From Bacilli bacterium (GTDB lineage Bacteria; Bacillota_I; Bacilli_A; RFN20; CAG-826): a stretch of 64,000 nt of DNA. This document shows positions 49,843 through 61,481 of this stretch, one piece after another. A program made the position numbers and the translations under genes. Every line of letters starts with the position of its first letter. Position 1 is the stretch's first letter. The stretch lies in contig DAOKYO010000002.1 of NCBI GenBank assembly GCA_035326105.1, positions 9,316-73,315 on the forward strand. The letters are read 5' to 3'. A model generated the notes under the pieces. That model searched no databases. It saw only the letters and a list, made by a program, of their open reading frames with translations, and was not told where the DNA came from.

Positions 49843-51132
49843 ATGACATATAAAACATTTACGCTCGGCTGCAAGGTAAACGCCTACGAGAGCGACGCCG
49901 TGGCTTCGCTTTTAAATACCCGTGGGTATCATGAGGCGAACGAAACAGAATCGGTAGACGTAATCATAATCAACACCTGTTCAGTGACGTCCACCAGCGA
50001 TCAGAAATCGCGTCAGCATATTCGCAAATTTCATAAATTATACCCGACGGCGATTATCGTCGTTATGGGTTGCTATGCCCAAGTTGATCCCGAAAGTGTC
50101 CGTTCCCTTCCCGGTGTGGCCATTGTTGTCGGGGCGAGTGATCGCCATCGGATCCCCGATTTGATCGAGCAGTACAAACAGCATTCGCAAGTTATCAGTA
50201 CCGTTGCCAAAAACGAGCGTGACTTTGATTATGAGGACTTTGGAGTGACAAGTTTTACCCATAATTCGCGGGCTTACTTAAAAATTCAAGATGGTTGCGA
50301 TAATTTTTGCAGTTACTGCATTATTCCATATTCGCGCGGAAAATTGCGGTCACGGCCGGTGGCATCAATTATCACCGAGATTAAGGATCTGGTAGGTCAT
50401 GGTTATAAGGAGATTATTTTGACGGGAATTCATACGGGAGGCTACGGAAAAGATTTAAACGGATTTACCTTTTCCAATTTGGTGGAAACGATACTTCATG
50501 ATGTCCCTGACTTATTTCGCCTTCGTATTTCCTCAATTGAAGAAAATGAAGTGACTCCGGATTTACTAAGTATTATGGCGAAGTCATCGGTGATGGCCCG
50601 TCATCTACATTTACCACTGCAAAGTGGTAGCAGCGGTGTCTTAAAGCGCATGAATCGAAAATATGATACCGCGTCCTTTTTGTCCAAAGTAAAGATGATT
50701 CGCGATTACCTACCGGACATTGCACTTTCGACTGATGTCATAGTGGGCTTTCCTGGGGAGACGGAAGAGGAATTTGCCGAGACATATAATTTTATAAAGC
50801 AGGCAAATTTTATGCGCCTTCATGTTTTTCCTTTTTCACCTCGGAGTGGAACGAGTGCGGCGCGAATGAAGAATCAAGTCGCACCGGAAGTAAAAAAAGA
50901 AAGAGTAAATCAGCTTATTGCGCTCTCGGAAGCATTAGAAGCGGATTATGAAAAAAAGTTCGTCGGAAAAAGCGTTGAAGTTATCTTTGAGGAGTACGAT
51001 GATACTCATCATTTAGCTATCGGCCATACATCCAATTACCTGGTCGCTCAATATCCTTCACCGATCGCTCTTCATGGTCAAATAAAGGATATCATCTTCC
51101 AAAATTATACACATGACATAAATAAAAAATAA
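49843..51132 (+). CDS. mtaB: tRNA t6A37 methylthiotransferase MtaB (MiaB-like radical SAM)
   Basis: 429 aa; N-terminal MTTase Cys triad (GCKVN...CSVT...MGC), radical SAM CDNFCSYC, TRAM domain; Bacillus synteny rsmE-mtaB. Confidence 0.8.
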   Translation: MTYKTFTLGCKVNAYESDAVASLLNTRGYHEANETESVDVIIINTCSVTSTSDQKSRQHIRKFHKLYPTAIIVVMGCYAQVDPESVRSLPGVAIVVGASDRHRIPDLIEQYKQHSQVISTVAKNERDFDYEDFGVTSFTHNSRAYLKIQDGCDNFCSYCIIPYSRGKLRSRPVASIITEIKDLVGHGYKEIILTGIHTGGYGKDLNGFTFSNLVETILHDVPDLFRLRISSIEENEVTPDLLSIMAKSSVMARHLHLPLQSGSSGVLKRMNRKYDTASFLSKVKMIRDYLPDIALSTDVIVGFPGETEEEFAETYNFIKQANFMRLHVFPFSPRSGTSAARMKNQVAPEVKKERVNQLIALSEALEADYEKKFVGKSVEVIFEEYDDTHHLAIGHTSNYLVAQYPSPIALHGQIKDIIFQNYTHDINKK

Positions 51133-51243
51133 GGCTTAATCAGTGTTTTTTATTTTTTTTAATAAAATGTCTAAAAAATATTGACGGAAGCTATTTATCT
51201 ATATATAATACGTTCGTGAATTCAAAGAAGGAGGATTTTTCAT

Positions 51244-51525
51244 ATGGCAGTACCATTTAGACGTACCAGCAAGACTCGGAAGAGAATGCGGCGTACCCAT
51301 TTCAAACTTGGTGTTCCTGGATTAGTCACTTGCCCCCATTGTGGAGCGCTGATCCCCGCGCATACGGTTTGTCCAAAATGCGGATACTATAAAGGCGAAA
51401 AGGTTATCGGACCGGTGGAAGAAACATCGGCCGCGCCTAAAGCTAAAGCGACAAAAGGAAAGAAGAAAGCCGGCGATAAAAAAGTGGCAGAAACTTCAAC
51501 CGTTGCTGAAGAAAAAGCTGAATAA
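51244..51525 (+). CDS. rpmF: 50S ribosomal protein L32 with roughly 35-aa Lys/Ala-rich C-terminal extension
   Basis: [22 protein letters not shown] core with CPHCG...CPKCG zinc ribbon; then [20 protein letters not shown]... Confidence 0.85.
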   Translation: MAVPFRRTSKTRKRMRRTHFKLGVPGLVTCPHCGALIPAHTVCPKCGYYKGEKVIGPVEETSAAPKAKATKGKKKAGDKKVAETSTVAEEKAE

Positions 51526-51550
51526 AGTTGAGGAAACTCAACTTTTTTTA
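51524..51550 (+). terminator. Intrinsic terminator after rpmF
   Basis: agttgag-gaaa-ctcaact followed by a T7 run. Confidence 0.8.
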
Positions 51551-51627
51551 ATATTTATTGTATAATACATCCGCATGTTGAATTTAATTTAATTATTTCC
51601 GTTAAGCGGATTTAAAAGGAGAAAAAA

Positions 51628-52263
51628 ATGAATTACAACAAAATGATTGACCATACTTTGCTGAAACCGGATGCGACCCCAGATAAGATTGTTAAACTTT
51701 GCGGTGAGGCTAAAGAATACGGATTTGCGAGTGTGTGCGTCAATGGGTGCTATGTGCGCCTGGCCGCTCAGGAGTTAAAAGACTCGGGCATCGATGTTTG
51801 TACCGTAGTTGGCTTTCCTTTGGGAGCGATGGCAAGTGAAGCCAAACTTAAAGAGACGGAAATCGCTTTGAAAGACGGAGCAACCGAAGTCGATATGGTC
51901 ATTAATATCGGGCGATTGATAGCTCAAGACAATCAATATGTCGAAAACGAGATTCGTTCGCTGAAAAAAGCTTGTGGAAACAAAGTTTTAAAAGTTATCA
52001 TTGAGACCTGTTTATTAACCGACGAACAAAAGGTTCGGGCTTGCCAGCTTGCGGTGGCGGCCGGAGCCGATTTTGTGAAAACCTCAACTGGTTTTTCCAC
52101 AGGTGGAGCCAATGTGCATGATATTGCTCTGATGCGCAAAACGGTCGGACCCAATATCGGCGTAAAAGCCAGCGGCGGCATTCATACGCATGAACAAATG
52201 GTAGCTTTAGTTGAGGCGGGAGCCACGCGTATCGGCGCAAGTAGCGGTCCGCAAATTATTTAA
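51628..52263 (+). CDS. deoC: Deoxyribose-phosphate aldolase
   Basis: 211 aa; [12 protein letters not shown] start, catalytic Lys context FVKTSTGF. Confidence 0.9.
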   Translation: MNYNKMIDHTLLKPDATPDKIVKLCGEAKEYGFASVCVNGCYVRLAAQELKDSGIDVCTVVGFPLGAMASEAKLKETEIALKDGATEVDMVINIGRLIAQDNQYVENEIRSLKKACGNKVLKVIIETCLLTDEQKVRACQLAVAAGADFVKTSTGFSTGGANVHDIALMRKTVGPNIGVKASGGIHTHEQMVALVEAGATRIGASSGPQII

Positions 52264-52359
52264 GAGATTTAATAGGCATTTTTTCCTTGCAAAGCCGGTT
52301 GATGACCGATATAATGTTTAAGGTTAAAAGCTTATATGCTCCCAAGGAGTTGATAAAAA

Positions 52360-52536
52360 ATGCCAAAAACAATCGTACGTGACAACGAATCGCTTGATGA
52401 AGCTCTTCGTCGGTTCAAGCGCCAAGTCAACAAGGCGGGAACTTTAACGGAAGCGCGTAAGCGTGAGTTTTATTTAAAGCCGGGTCTTAAGCGTAAACTT
52501 AAGTCCGAGCAAGCTCGTCGCAAGGGACGTCGTTAA
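52360..52536 (+). CDS. rpsU: 30S ribosomal protein S21
   Basis: 58 aa, too short for the ORF track: [58 protein letters not shown]; RBS GGAG; promoter TTGCAA...GATATAAT upstream. Confidence 0.9.
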   Translation: MPKTIVRDNESLDEALRRFKRQVNKAGTLTEARKREFYLKPGLKRKLKSEQARRKGRR

Positions 52537-52542
52537 GAAAAA

Positions 52543-52568
52543 TAAGCATCGTAAGATGCTTTTTTTTA
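52543..52568 (+). terminator. Intrinsic terminator after rpsU
   Basis: agcatc-gtaa-gatgct followed by a T8 run. Confidence 0.8.
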
Positions 52569-52612
52569 TTATATAAAAGCGATTTCTCTCTATTTACTAA
52601 TAGGGAGGAATT

Positions 52613-53722
52613 ATGTTTTACCGTAAACAGACACATAAAAACAGCTGCGGATATGACGCGGCTGCAATCCTGCTGGCAAATTTAATGCGCAGTGAAGATT
52701 ATATACATGACAATGTGCCGTTAGGACCGGCCAGTTTTCTAGATATTTTAACTTTTTTAAAGGCTAAGGGGGTGACAGCCAGAGCCATGAGGGTTTCTTC
52801 GGCGCGGCAGTTAACCTCTGCCTTTTGGTACATTGCGCATCAGCCTGATGGAAATGGACATTTTGTCGTCATAAAAGTGCGCTTTAATAAACGCCAATTC
52901 GTAATCTTAGACCCCGCATTGGGAATCTATGCACTAAATCAGACACAGCTGATGACGGCAATTGACGGAAATATTATTGCTGTAGAAATTTATAAAAAAG
53001 TTAAGAATGGCAAAGATGCCCTTCCGCCAAAAAAACATTTTCTGGCATTGATGGGGATGCTTTTCTTTCAATTAAGCACCGTGACGGCATTAGTAATAGC
53101 TTTGTACCTAATAAATGATGGAAACGACTATTTGATATCCATAGGGTTATTGATATTAGCGATGCTATTTTACCTTTATGAAAAAATATATCGTATTCAT
53201 AATTTATTTGCCAATGCAAAAAAAGATAAATATACGCAATTTGCTAAATGCATAAGAAACTCTACGCGAAAAAGCGAATTTTTGCTTCAAATCATTACCA
53301 AGGTGTTAATGGTCATCTTTTCCTTAGGACTGATATTGTACAATAATTTATTTCTAGGCCTTATTTCGCTTGCTTTTTTGTCTGTAGTGGCCGTCGCGGC
53401 CGCTATTTATTATCCGTCGGGGAAAACGATTTTGGATATTAAAAAACTGGAGAATCAAATGGAGAAAAATAATAAAGTAAGTTCGTCTCAACTCAAGCAA
53501 TTGCAGAAAAAAGCCGAACTGTTAACTTTTAAGAAAAGTGTTTCGATCCTTGCAAAAGAACTCATTCCATTGCTCATTGTTATCCTTATGCTTATCGTCG
53601 AAAATAAAGCCCGTTTAAATTATGCCATTTTTTATTTTTTTCTCGTTCGATTTTCTTTTCAGGAGTTATGGCAGCTGATTTATTTTCTTAAGAATAACAA
53701 TTCAATAAATTTAACTCTTTAA
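52613..53722 (+). CDS. Membrane protein with N-terminal C39-type (bacteriocin-processing-like) cysteine peptidase domain and no ABC ATPase domain
   Basis: 369 aa; Cys motif KNSCGYDAAAILLANL and His motif GNGHFVVI typical of the C39 fold, then 4-5 hydrophobic helices; no Walker motifs. Confidence 0.6.
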   Translation: MFYRKQTHKNSCGYDAAAILLANLMRSEDYIHDNVPLGPASFLDILTFLKAKGVTARAMRVSSARQLTSAFWYIAHQPDGNGHFVVIKVRFNKRQFVILDPALGIYALNQTQLMTAIDGNIIAVEIYKKVKNGKDALPPKKHFLALMGMLFFQLSTVTALVIALYLINDGNDYLISIGLLILAMLFYLYEKIYRIHNLFANAKKDKYTQFAKCIRNSTRKSEFLLQIITKVLMVIFSLGLILYNNLFLGLISLAFLSVVAVAAAIYYPSGKTILDIKKLENQMEKNNKVSSSQLKQLQKKAELLTFKKSVSILAKELIPLLIVILMLIVENKARLNYAIFYFFLVRFSFQELWQLIYFLKNNNSINLTL

Positions 53723-53783
53723 ATGTAAAAAAAAGCCAAAAAAAACATTATTGTGCTAAAATATCAATACTCAAGGTGAACTT

Positions 53784-54251
53784 ATGAGAATTGATTTTAA
53801 TAACGAATATCCGCAAGAACTTGGAAACTATCGGCAAGTGTATCGTCGCTTGGCAGATAAAACGTTAAAACACTTGAACATACTTGACCATTACGTTCTT
53901 GAGGTGGACTTAGTTGACAATGACCGTATCCATGAGATAAATCGCGATTACCGAGCAATAGATCGTGAAACCGATGTCATTTCATTTGCCTTTAATGATG
54001 AAGTGGAAGGGGAAGTGAAAATAAAAACCGGCGATTTACCCATGCTGTTAGGTAATATTATTATCTCGGTGGATCGAGCTCGATCCCAAGCCCTTGAATA
54101 TGGACATTCATTCCATCGAGAGATGAAATTTCTTTTTCTTCATGGCTTACTTCATTTGCTTGGCTACGATCATCAAACAAAGGAAGATGAAAAAGAAATG
54201 TTTGACTTGCAAGATGAAATACTTGGAAAGAGGATTATAAAAAATGATTGA
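53784..54251 (+). CDS. ybeY: rRNA maturation endoribonuclease YbeY
   Basis: 155 aa; HGLLHLLGYDH zinc-binding motif. Confidence 0.9.
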   Translation: MRIDFNNEYPQELGNYRQVYRRLADKTLKHLNILDHYVLEVDLVDNDRIHEINRDYRAIDRETDVISFAFNDEVEGEVKIKTGDLPMLLGNIIISVDRARSQALEYGHSFHREMKFLFLHGLLHLLGYDHQTKEDEKEMFDLQDEILGKRIIKND

Positions 54252-54645
54252 TGAAAAACAAGCTGTGGCTTTAGCGCTTGAAGCGCGAAAAAAGAGTTAC
54301 TCTCCTTATTCAAAATTTGCGGTCGGAGCCGTTATCGTTACTAACGACGGACGGGTATTCGAAGGAGCAAATATTGAGAATGCGGCCTATGGTCTTTCGA
54401 TGTGCGCGGAGAGAAATGCTATTTTTAATGCCTATATGCACGGATGTCATAAAGAAGACTTAGCTCTATTATCAGTAATTGCTGATACGGGCGAACCGGT
54501 TTCTCCCTGCGGATCGTGCCGACAGGTTATTTCGGAACTTTATCCGGCGGATAAACCGATTATCCTCGCTAATTTAAAAGGGGAAGTAAGAACGACCAAT
54601 GCCAAAGAACTATTGCCATTTGCTTTTGATGATCAGGATTTATAG
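54244..54645 (+). CDS. cdd: Cytidine deaminase
   Basis: 133 aa; CAERNA and PCGSCRQ zinc-ligand motifs. Confidence 0.9.
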   Translation: MIDEKQAVALALEARKKSYSPYSKFAVGAVIVTNDGRVFEGANIENAAYGLSMCAERNAIFNAYMHGCHKEDLALLSVIADTGEPVSPCGSCRQVISELYPADKPIILANLKGEVRTTNAKELLPFAFDDQDL

Positions 54646-54647
54646 AC

Positions 54648-55532
54648 ATGAAAAGCGGATTCATTAGCATCGTTGGCCGGCCTAATGTTGGTAAATCGAC
54701 AATTATCAACGCCATCATCGGAACCAAAGTGGCAATTACCACTTCTAAGCCTCAGACAACGCGAAATATTATTCGCGGTATTTTAACTACCCCGGAAGCA
54801 CAGTTAATATTTATCGATACTCCAGGAATACATAAGCCTTATTTGCAAATTGGAAATGAGATGAATAAGATGGCTTATCATTCATTACGCGAAGCTGAGG
54901 CTACAATCTTGGTTGTTGATGCCGGACAAAGTTTTGGACCGGGAGACCAATTTTTGATTGATAACTTAACTATTCGTTCCCCCTTATTCATCGTTTTTAA
55001 CAAGATTGATCTTGCAACTTTTGCCAGTATGGAAAAACTCAAGTCCATCTATAAAGATAAATATCCTACGGCTCACCAAATTGAGGTAAGTGCGATTCGG
55101 AATGTCAATTTGGATGTTGTCGTATCAGAAATAATCAAAATTCTCCCCGAAGGGCCCCAATATTTTCCATCTAATATGACTTCGAATCGCGGCGATGATT
55201 TTTTGATTTCAGAAGTCATTCGCGAACGCATCATGCTACTTACTCGTCAGGAAATTCCTCATAGCGTGGCGGTAAGCCTCGTAAAAAAAGAACTTATCGA
55301 TGACGATAAAATGGATGTTGCCGCGGATATAATTGTTGAAAAAGACTCTCAAAAAGGGATCTTAATTGGCAAAGGGGGACGACTTATTCGCCAAATACGG
55401 CTTGATGCCACCAAGCAATTGGAGCATTTACTTCATAAAACGATTCGAATGGAATTGTTCGTCCGGGTTAAGGAAAATTGGCGCGACGATTTAAAGTCCC
55501 TTAAATCTTTAGGTATCAATGACGAGGAGTAA
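54648..55532 (+). CDS. era: GTPase Era
   Basis: 294 aa; GRPNVGKST, DTPG, NKID; C-terminal KH domain. Confidence 0.95.
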   Translation: MKSGFISIVGRPNVGKSTIINAIIGTKVAITTSKPQTTRNIIRGILTTPEAQLIFIDTPGIHKPYLQIGNEMNKMAYHSLREAEATILVVDAGQSFGPGDQFLIDNLTIRSPLFIVFNKIDLATFASMEKLKSIYKDKYPTAHQIEVSAIRNVNLDVVVSEIIKILPEGPQYFPSNMTSNRGDDFLISEVIRERIMLLTRQEIPHSVAVSLVKKELIDDDKMDVAADIIVEKDSQKGILIGKGGRLIRQIRLDATKQLEHLLHKTIRMELFVRVKENWRDDLKSLKSLGINDEE

Positions 55533-55534
55533 AA

Positions 55535-56260
55535 ATGGAAGATAAAGTCATTATTCTTCGTTTGACACAATATAAAGAATCCGATGCGATTGTAACGGCA
55601 ATTAGTTCCAATGGTTATGTATCATTTTCGGCCCGGGGAATAATGAAAATCAACGCTCATAACGGAGCTCTTATTCAACCCTTCAATGAGGTAGTGGTCG
55701 ATTTGACCGAAGGTAAGGCCGGGAATGTTTTAAAGACAGCAAGCACGATTTTTACAGCTGATGCCAGCTTAAATCATCTAGAAAAAATGAGCGCGCTTTT
55801 TTTGCTGGGAGAAATTACCTTAGCAATCATTAAAGAGGAGGAAGATGCGAAAAAAATTTTTCCCTTTCTTGAAAAAGCCATTCATAATATTGAAAAGTTC
55901 GATGAGTTATCTTTAGTCATGCTCTACTTGGCGACTGCAATCAAAGTGGCGGGTTTTGGTCCGGAAGTCGACCAATGCGTCATCTGTGGATCAAAGCGTA
56001 AAATAGTTGGTTTTTCGTTTGAAGAAGGGGGCTTTATTTGTCAAAATTGCGCCTATGAATCACAGATAGAGCAACGAAGCACACATCTTTTAAACATGTA
56101 TCGTTACGCTTTTAAAATAAGTCCTGATGACATATGCCGAGTATCCTTTGAAGCGAAAGATAATCTTTTGATTCTAAGCGAACTGAATCAGTATTTAAGC
56201 GATTCGCTTGGCATCAAGTTAAAAAAATACAACGATTTTATTTCAATTTTGAGAGTTTGA
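55535..56260 (+). CDS. recO: DNA repair protein RecO
   Basis: 241 aa; C-terminal zinc-binding CVICG...CQNC; conserved era-recO linkage. Confidence 0.8.
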   Translation: MEDKVIILRLTQYKESDAIVTAISSNGYVSFSARGIMKINAHNGALIQPFNEVVVDLTEGKAGNVLKTASTIFTADASLNHLEKMSALFLLGEITLAIIKEEEDAKKIFPFLEKAIHNIEKFDELSLVMLYLATAIKVAGFGPEVDQCVICGSKRKIVGFSFEEGGFICQNCAYESQIEQRSTHLLNMYRYAFKISPDDICRVSFEAKDNLLILSELNQYLSDSLGIKLKKYNDFISILRV

Positions 56261-56275
56261 TACACTTATAATAGG

Positions 56276-56303
56276 TTGACAAAGTAATAGCATAAAGTAT
56301 AAT
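56276..56303 (+). promoter_or_regulatory. Sigma-A promoter of glyQS (no T-box leader)
   Basis: TTGACA (56276-81), 16 nt, TATAAT (56298-303); only about 30 nt of leader before the ATG. Confidence 0.6.
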
Positions 56304-56333
56304 CACTCTGTGCCTTAGGGCCGGGAGAATTTT

Positions 56334-57707
56334 ATGCCAGAACATTCATTTGATAAGATTGTGGTTCATTTGCAGACGAGCGGTTACGTTTTTCAAGGTT
56401 CGGAGATATACGGCGGGTTGTCGAATACTTGGGATTATGGTCCGCTTGGTGTTGAAATAAAAAATAATATTCGTCGCGCGTGGTGGAAGAGATTTGTTCA
56501 AGAAAGCAAAGAAAACGTCGGCCTTGATGCGGCGATTTTGATGAATCCAAAAGTTTGGGAAGCAACCGGTCATGTGGCGACTTTTTCCGACCCGTTAATC
56601 GATTGCAAGTCTTGCCACGCTCGTCACCGTGCCGATACGCTGATTGAGACTCAATTTCCTGACGCCGATGTCAACGGGATGAGTCAAGCGGAAATGATGG
56701 AGTTTATTCGGCATAACAACGTCGTTTGCCCGGTATGTGGCAAGAGCAATTTTACCGATATTAGGCAATTTAATATGATGTTTAAAACACATATTGGAGT
56801 TACGGATGATAGCAAGAGTGAAGTATATCTTCGTCCCGAGACCGCACAGGGTATTTTCGTTAATTTTAAAAATGTCATGCGCGCGGCCCGGAAGAAACTT
56901 CCCTTTGGTATTTGCCAGACCGGGAAATCATTTCGTAACGAGATTACTCCTGGGAATTTTACTTTTAGAACTCGCGAATTTGAGCAGATGGAGATGGAGT
57001 TTTTTTGTAGGCCGGGTTCCGATTTAGAGTGGTTTAAATATTGGAAGCAGCACTGTATTGATTTTGTTGGCGCGCTTGGAATCAAAAAAGAGAATCTTCG
57101 TTTTCGCAATCATGAGACCGAGGAATTGGCTTTTTATTCGAAGGCGACGACCGATATTGAATACTTGTTTCCATTTGGATGGGGCGAAATATGGGGAATC
57201 GCCGATCGAACCGACTATGATTTGAAACGTCATATGCAGTATAGCGGTGAAAATCTTGAGTACCTGGATCCGGAGACGAACGAAAAATATGTTCCGTACT
57301 GTATCGAACCTTCCGTGGGGCTTGATCGCCTAATTTTAATGGCTCTGACCGATGCATATGATGAAGAGAGTCTTCCTAATGACGACATGCGGATTGTAAT
57401 GCATCTGCATCCGGCCTTGGCCCCATATAAGGCGGCGGTTTTACCATTATCAAAGAAGTTAAATGAGAAGGCCGGTGAAATCTACGCGCATCTACAAAAG
57501 CATTTTATGGTTACATATGATGAAACCGGCTCAATCGGCAAACGTTACCGGCGGGAAGATGCAATTGGAACTCCGTTTTGCATAACGGTGGATTTCGATA
57601 CTTTGGAAGATAATCAAGTTACGATTCGGAATCGTGACTCAATGGAACAAATTAGAATGTCAATTACCGAATTAGACACATTTTTGGAAGAAAAAACCTC
57701 CTTTTAG
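56334..57707 (+). CDS. glyQS: Glycyl-tRNA synthetase, dimeric alpha2 type
   Basis: 457 aa; class II motifs; single-chain GlyRS as in Staphylococcus, Mollicutes and Erysipelotrichia. Confidence 0.9.
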   Translation: MPEHSFDKIVVHLQTSGYVFQGSEIYGGLSNTWDYGPLGVEIKNNIRRAWWKRFVQESKENVGLDAAILMNPKVWEATGHVATFSDPLIDCKSCHARHRADTLIETQFPDADVNGMSQAEMMEFIRHNNVVCPVCGKSNFTDIRQFNMMFKTHIGVTDDSKSEVYLRPETAQGIFVNFKNVMRAARKKLPFGICQTGKSFRNEITPGNFTFRTREFEQMEMEFFCRPGSDLEWFKYWKQHCIDFVGALGIKKENLRFRNHETEELAFYSKATTDIEYLFPFGWGEIWGIADRTDYDLKRHMQYSGENLEYLDPETNEKYVPYCIEPSVGLDRLILMALTDAYDEESLPNDDMRIVMHLHPALAPYKAAVLPLSKKLNEKAGEIYAHLQKHFMVTYDETGSIGKRYRREDAIGTPFCITVDFDTLEDNQVTIRNRDSMEQIRMSITELDTFLEEKTSF

Positions 57708-57721
57708 AAAGAGAAATTTAG

Positions 57722-59533
57722 ATGGCATTTAAATCAAACTTAGCAGATGAAATTCTTCATCGCGCCGATATTGTGGAAGTCATAAGCAACTATATTCCTG
57801 TGACCAAAAAGGGCCGGAATTATGTCGCCATATGTCCTTTTCATGATGATAAAAATCCATCCCTTCATATCTCTCAGGACAAGCAGATATACAAGTGCTT
57901 TGCCTGTGGCGCTGGCGGAAATGCAATTTCGTTTGTGCAGAACTACGAAAAAATATCTTTTGGCGATGCTTTGAAAAAGGTCGCCGATTTAATTGGTTAC
58001 GATGATGAGCGTTTGAAGCAATATCAACATATTAACAAGATTGATCATGCGCTTGTACCGCTATATAACTGCCTTGAGGACTTGACAAAGTATTACCAAT
58101 ACTGCCTTTTGACAGAAGAGGGAAAAGAGGCAAAGGATTACCTTCATAATCGGGGCTTGGCTGGTGAGATTGAGCAGACATTCCGTCTCGGATATGCCCT
58201 TAATAATGGTGAGGCTTCTATTGAGTTTCTACAAAAGCGCGGTCATTCAATAAAAACTATTGAAGCGATTGGTATTATGGGGGGCGAACTCAATCAGCCC
58301 TTCGATCGCAATCGGGGGAGAGTAATGTTTCCGATTACCGATCGAGACGGTAAAATCGTCGGCTTTAGTGGCCGAATTTTGCAAAAGCGGAAAGATGTCG
58401 GCAAATATGTTAATTCACCGGAGACCCCGGTTTTTAAAAAAAGCCAGATTCTCTACAATTTTGATCGGGCGAAAACGACGGCTCGCCATGACGGCTATGT
58501 GTACATTCTGGAAGGGTTCATGGATGTTTTCGCACTATATCGGGCAGGAATAAATAGTGCTGTCGCTTTAATGGGAACAGCATTAACTAAAGAACACATC
58601 GCCATGTTGCGTTCGTTAAATGCCGAATTAAGAATTTGCCTTGATGGTGACTTAGCCGGTCAAATGGGAATGCTTAAAATAGCCAAGGAACTGAGCAACA
58701 GCGGATTAAGTTATTCATTTGTAGATAGTGGCAACGAACTGCGAGATCCAGATGAGATTTTAACGCAAGATGGCACGGAAGCGTTGCTAAAATATTTAGA
58801 CAGACGCATTTCTCATTCGGTCTTTGCAATGCAGTATTATCGGCTTCATGGTAAAGCGGAAACGACCAGCGACCGTCGGCGCTTGGTAGTCGAGATGTTG
58901 CCTATTATCGATACCATCACTAATCAAGAAGAACTGATGGATGGCCTGCTGATACTGAAATCACTGACTAATTTTCCTTTGGAGTCGCTTAAAAAGAGTT
59001 TGGATTTATATCGGAAGCGCTCTAATAAAGCGATACCATCGTTTCGAGAAGTTCACCCGGAAAGGGAATTGATTCGTCATTTTTCTTTTGCTGAACGAGA
59101 TGTGATCGTCTATATGTTGCACGACAAGCGGGCAGCCGCGTATTACGAAGCAAACATTAATTATCTATATGATGATATATATCGTTCAATTGCCAATTTC
59201 CTAATTGATTATTACGATAACCATGATGCTCTTGATGTGGCGGAGTTAATTAATACCATTGCAAGCAACGATTCGGCAGGCGTGCAAGATATTATAGAGG
59301 AGGTGTCATCCTTATCACTAAGAAATGACCTACCGGTCTATTCCGATCAATCGATGGATGAATTACGGTTTACAATTGAAGCTGAACGTAGTAAAGAGAA
59401 GAAGGAACGTGACTTATTAGAACAGACAAAGGGTAAATCGGATGCTGAAAAAGCAGCAATTTATGCTCAGTATTACCGTAAAAATAAAGATGATAATTTA
59501 CCGGTTTTGGATAAAGAAAGGAAACCCAATTAA
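57722..59533 (+). CDS. dnaG: DNA primase
   Basis: 603 aa; zinc ribbon [10 protein letters not shown]...CFACGAGG; TOPRIM (EGFMDV); C-terminal helicase-binding domain. Confidence 0.95.
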   Translation: MAFKSNLADEILHRADIVEVISNYIPVTKKGRNYVAICPFHDDKNPSLHISQDKQIYKCFACGAGGNAISFVQNYEKISFGDALKKVADLIGYDDERLKQYQHINKIDHALVPLYNCLEDLTKYYQYCLLTEEGKEAKDYLHNRGLAGEIEQTFRLGYALNNGEASIEFLQKRGHSIKTIEAIGIMGGELNQPFDRNRGRVMFPITDRDGKIVGFSGRILQKRKDVGKYVNSPETPVFKKSQILYNFDRAKTTARHDGYVYILEGFMDVFALYRAGINSAVALMGTALTKEHIAMLRSLNAELRICLDGDLAGQMGMLKIAKELSNSGLSYSFVDSGNELRDPDEILTQDGTEALLKYLDRRISHSVFAMQYYRLHGKAETTSDRRRLVVEMLPIIDTITNQEELMDGLLILKSLTNFPLESLKKSLDLYRKRSNKAIPSFREVHPERELIRHFSFAERDVIVYMLHDKRAAAYYEANINYLYDDIYRSIANFLIDYYDNHDALDVAELINTIASNDSAGVQDIIEEVSSLSLRNDLPVYSDQSMDELRFTIEAERSKEKKERDLLEQTKGKSDAEKAAIYAQYYRKNKDDNLPVLDKERKPN

Positions 59534-59544
59534 GAGGAGTTAAT

Positions 59545-60807
59545 ATGAAAAAAAAGAAAATAGTGGAAGATGATTTAAGTCTAATTTCCGATGATGATGA
59601 GGCCGTTGAAAGTCTCGATACAATCAAAAAAAAGCTTGAAAAAAAAGGAAAAACCGCCGGCTATTTGGATCAAGACGATATTTTTGAAGCTATCCAACAT
59701 CTGGACCTATCAGATGAAGATATGGATGCGCTTTTGGATTACTTTAAACAAAAAGGTATTAATATTATCGGCGACGAAGACGGGGAGGACTTAGACAGCA
59801 TCGATATTGATGTCAAAAACTTGGATGAAAAAAAATTAAATCAAGATATTGTCGAAGATGAAGATGTGATGTTTGATGATAGCTTTGATGATAGCAACGA
59901 AGAAGAAGAGACGGATGATTTGGATGTCGATCGGTTCAATCGTTTAGCAAATGGTGATGTCAAAGTCAATGACTCGGTTAAGATGTATCTGCATGAAATC
60001 GGGCACCACGAATTACTAAAACCGGACGAGGAAGTAGAATTGGCCAAGCGGATTGAAGCGGGTGATGAAGATGCTAAAGATCGTTTGATAAACTGCAACT
60101 TACGTTTGGTAGTTAATATCGCTAAACATTATTTAGGACGGGGAATGCAATTTTTAGATTTAATTCAAGAGGGCAACCTTGGCTTGATGAAAGCGGTAGA
60201 AAAATTCGACTATAAAAAAGGATTTAAATTTTCTACCTATGCCACATGGTGGATTCGCCAGGCTATTACGCGCGCGATTGCTGATCAGGCGCGGACGATT
60301 CGTATCCCTGTGCATATGGTTGAGACAATTAATAAAATTACCCGGGTTCAACGTCAACTGGTCCAAGAATTGGGACGGGATCCAACTGCGGAAGAAATCA
60401 GTGACAAACTTGACGGCGCGATGCCGCCGGAGAGAATTCGTGAAATTCAGCGGATTGCCCTTGAACCGGTTTCTTTAGAGACGCCAATCGGTGAAGAAGA
60501 AGATAGCCACATTGGCGATTTTATTGAAGATAAAGACACCTTATCACCAACCGATTACACGAGTAACATTCTTTTGGTTGAAGAGATATATGAAGTCATG
60601 CACGATTGCCTAACCGACCGTGAGGACCGAGTTATTCGCCTTCGTTATGGACTGGATGATAATCGGCCCCGGACCTTAGAAGAAGTAGGAAAAGAATTCG
60701 GAGTTACCAGAGAGCGTATTCGGCAAATTGAGGCTAAGGCTATCCGTAAAATGCGGGCGCCAAGTCGGATGAAACGTTTGCAAGATTATAGGAATTTTAA
60801 AGAATGA
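59545..60807 (+). CDS. sigA: RNA polymerase sigma factor SigA (RpoD) with extended acidic region 1.1 / linker
   Basis: 420 aa; regions 2-4 ([27 protein letters not shown]; region 4 [18 protein letters not shown]); about 140-aa D/E-rich N-terminus; dnaG-sigA synteny. Confidence 0.95.
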   Translation: MKKKKIVEDDLSLISDDDEAVESLDTIKKKLEKKGKTAGYLDQDDIFEAIQHLDLSDEDMDALLDYFKQKGINIIGDEDGEDLDSIDIDVKNLDEKKLNQDIVEDEDVMFDDSFDDSNEEEETDDLDVDRFNRLANGDVKVNDSVKMYLHEIGHHELLKPDEEVELAKRIEAGDEDAKDRLINCNLRLVVNIAKHYLGRGMQFLDLIQEGNLGLMKAVEKFDYKKGFKFSTYATWWIRQAITRAIADQARTIRIPVHMVETINKITRVQRQLVQELGRDPTAEEISDKLDGAMPPERIREIQRIALEPVSLETPIGEEEDSHIGDFIEDKDTLSPTDYTSNILLVEEIYEVMHDCLTDREDRVIRLRYGLDDNRPRTLEEVGKEFGVTRERIRQIEAKAIRKMRAPSRMKRLQDYRNFKE

Positions 60808-61481
60808 GCATGCAATTACCTTCCCGATTAATGGCGATTGCTAGTCATATAAATGAGAAGGACCATGTGGCCGATATCGGTTCGGATCACGGCCTTTTGC
60901 CGCTGTTTTTAGTGAAAGAAAGCCATTTGACCCGCGTCTATGCTTCCGACAATAAAGAGGGGCCCTTTAAAATTTTGCATAAAGCGGTGACAGAAGCAAA
61001 TTTGGCAGATCAAATCCAAGTTGATTTGGCCGACGGACTGAAGAAATTACCGGAAGATATCGATACGGTCGTGATATCAGGCATGGGCGGGGATGTTATA
61101 TGCGATATAATAAACGACTCAATTGATAAACTTGATCAAATAAAAAAAATTATTCTAGTACCGCACACCAAGGCAGACGAAGTGCGCTCGCTGATGGCTT
61201 TTTATGGTTTTAGTTTTGAAGATGAAGTTGTTGTTGAAGAAGATAATCACTTCTACGAAATAATAGTTATGGTTCCCAAACGCCACATTTACTGCGGACT
61301 GGAGTTAGTTTTCGGACCGATCAATCTGAATCAAAAAAGCGATTCCTTCATAAGAATGTGGCGCGATCGTTACGAACGAAATGAGAAGATTTTATCGGGA
61401 AATATTGATGACCATCGCCGTGATCAAATTTTGGCGGAACAGGAGAAGATTGAGACTTTATGGTCAAAACAAAAGTTTTAA
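60804..61481 (+). CDS. trmK: tRNA (adenine22-N1)-methyltransferase TrmK (YqfN-like)
   Basis: 225 aa; class I SAM-MTase motif DIGSDHG; conserved position after sigA. Confidence 0.7.
   Translation: MSMQLPSRLMAIASHINEKDHVADIGSDHGLLPLFLVKESHLTRVYASDNKEGPFKILHKAVTEANLADQIQVDLADGLKKLPEDIDTVVISGMGGDVICDIINDSIDKLDQIKKIILVPHTKADEVRSLMAFYGFSFEDEVVVEEDNHFYEIIVMVPKRHIYCGLELVFGPINLNQKSDSFIRMWRDRYERNEKILSGNIDDHRRDQILAEQEKIETLWSKQKF

Noticed and set aside
56261-56333. Expected T-box riboswitch upstream of glyQS
   Set aside because: Only about 70 nt separate recO and glyQS, and they contain a simple TTGACA/TATAAT promoter. No T-box motif or terminator is present.
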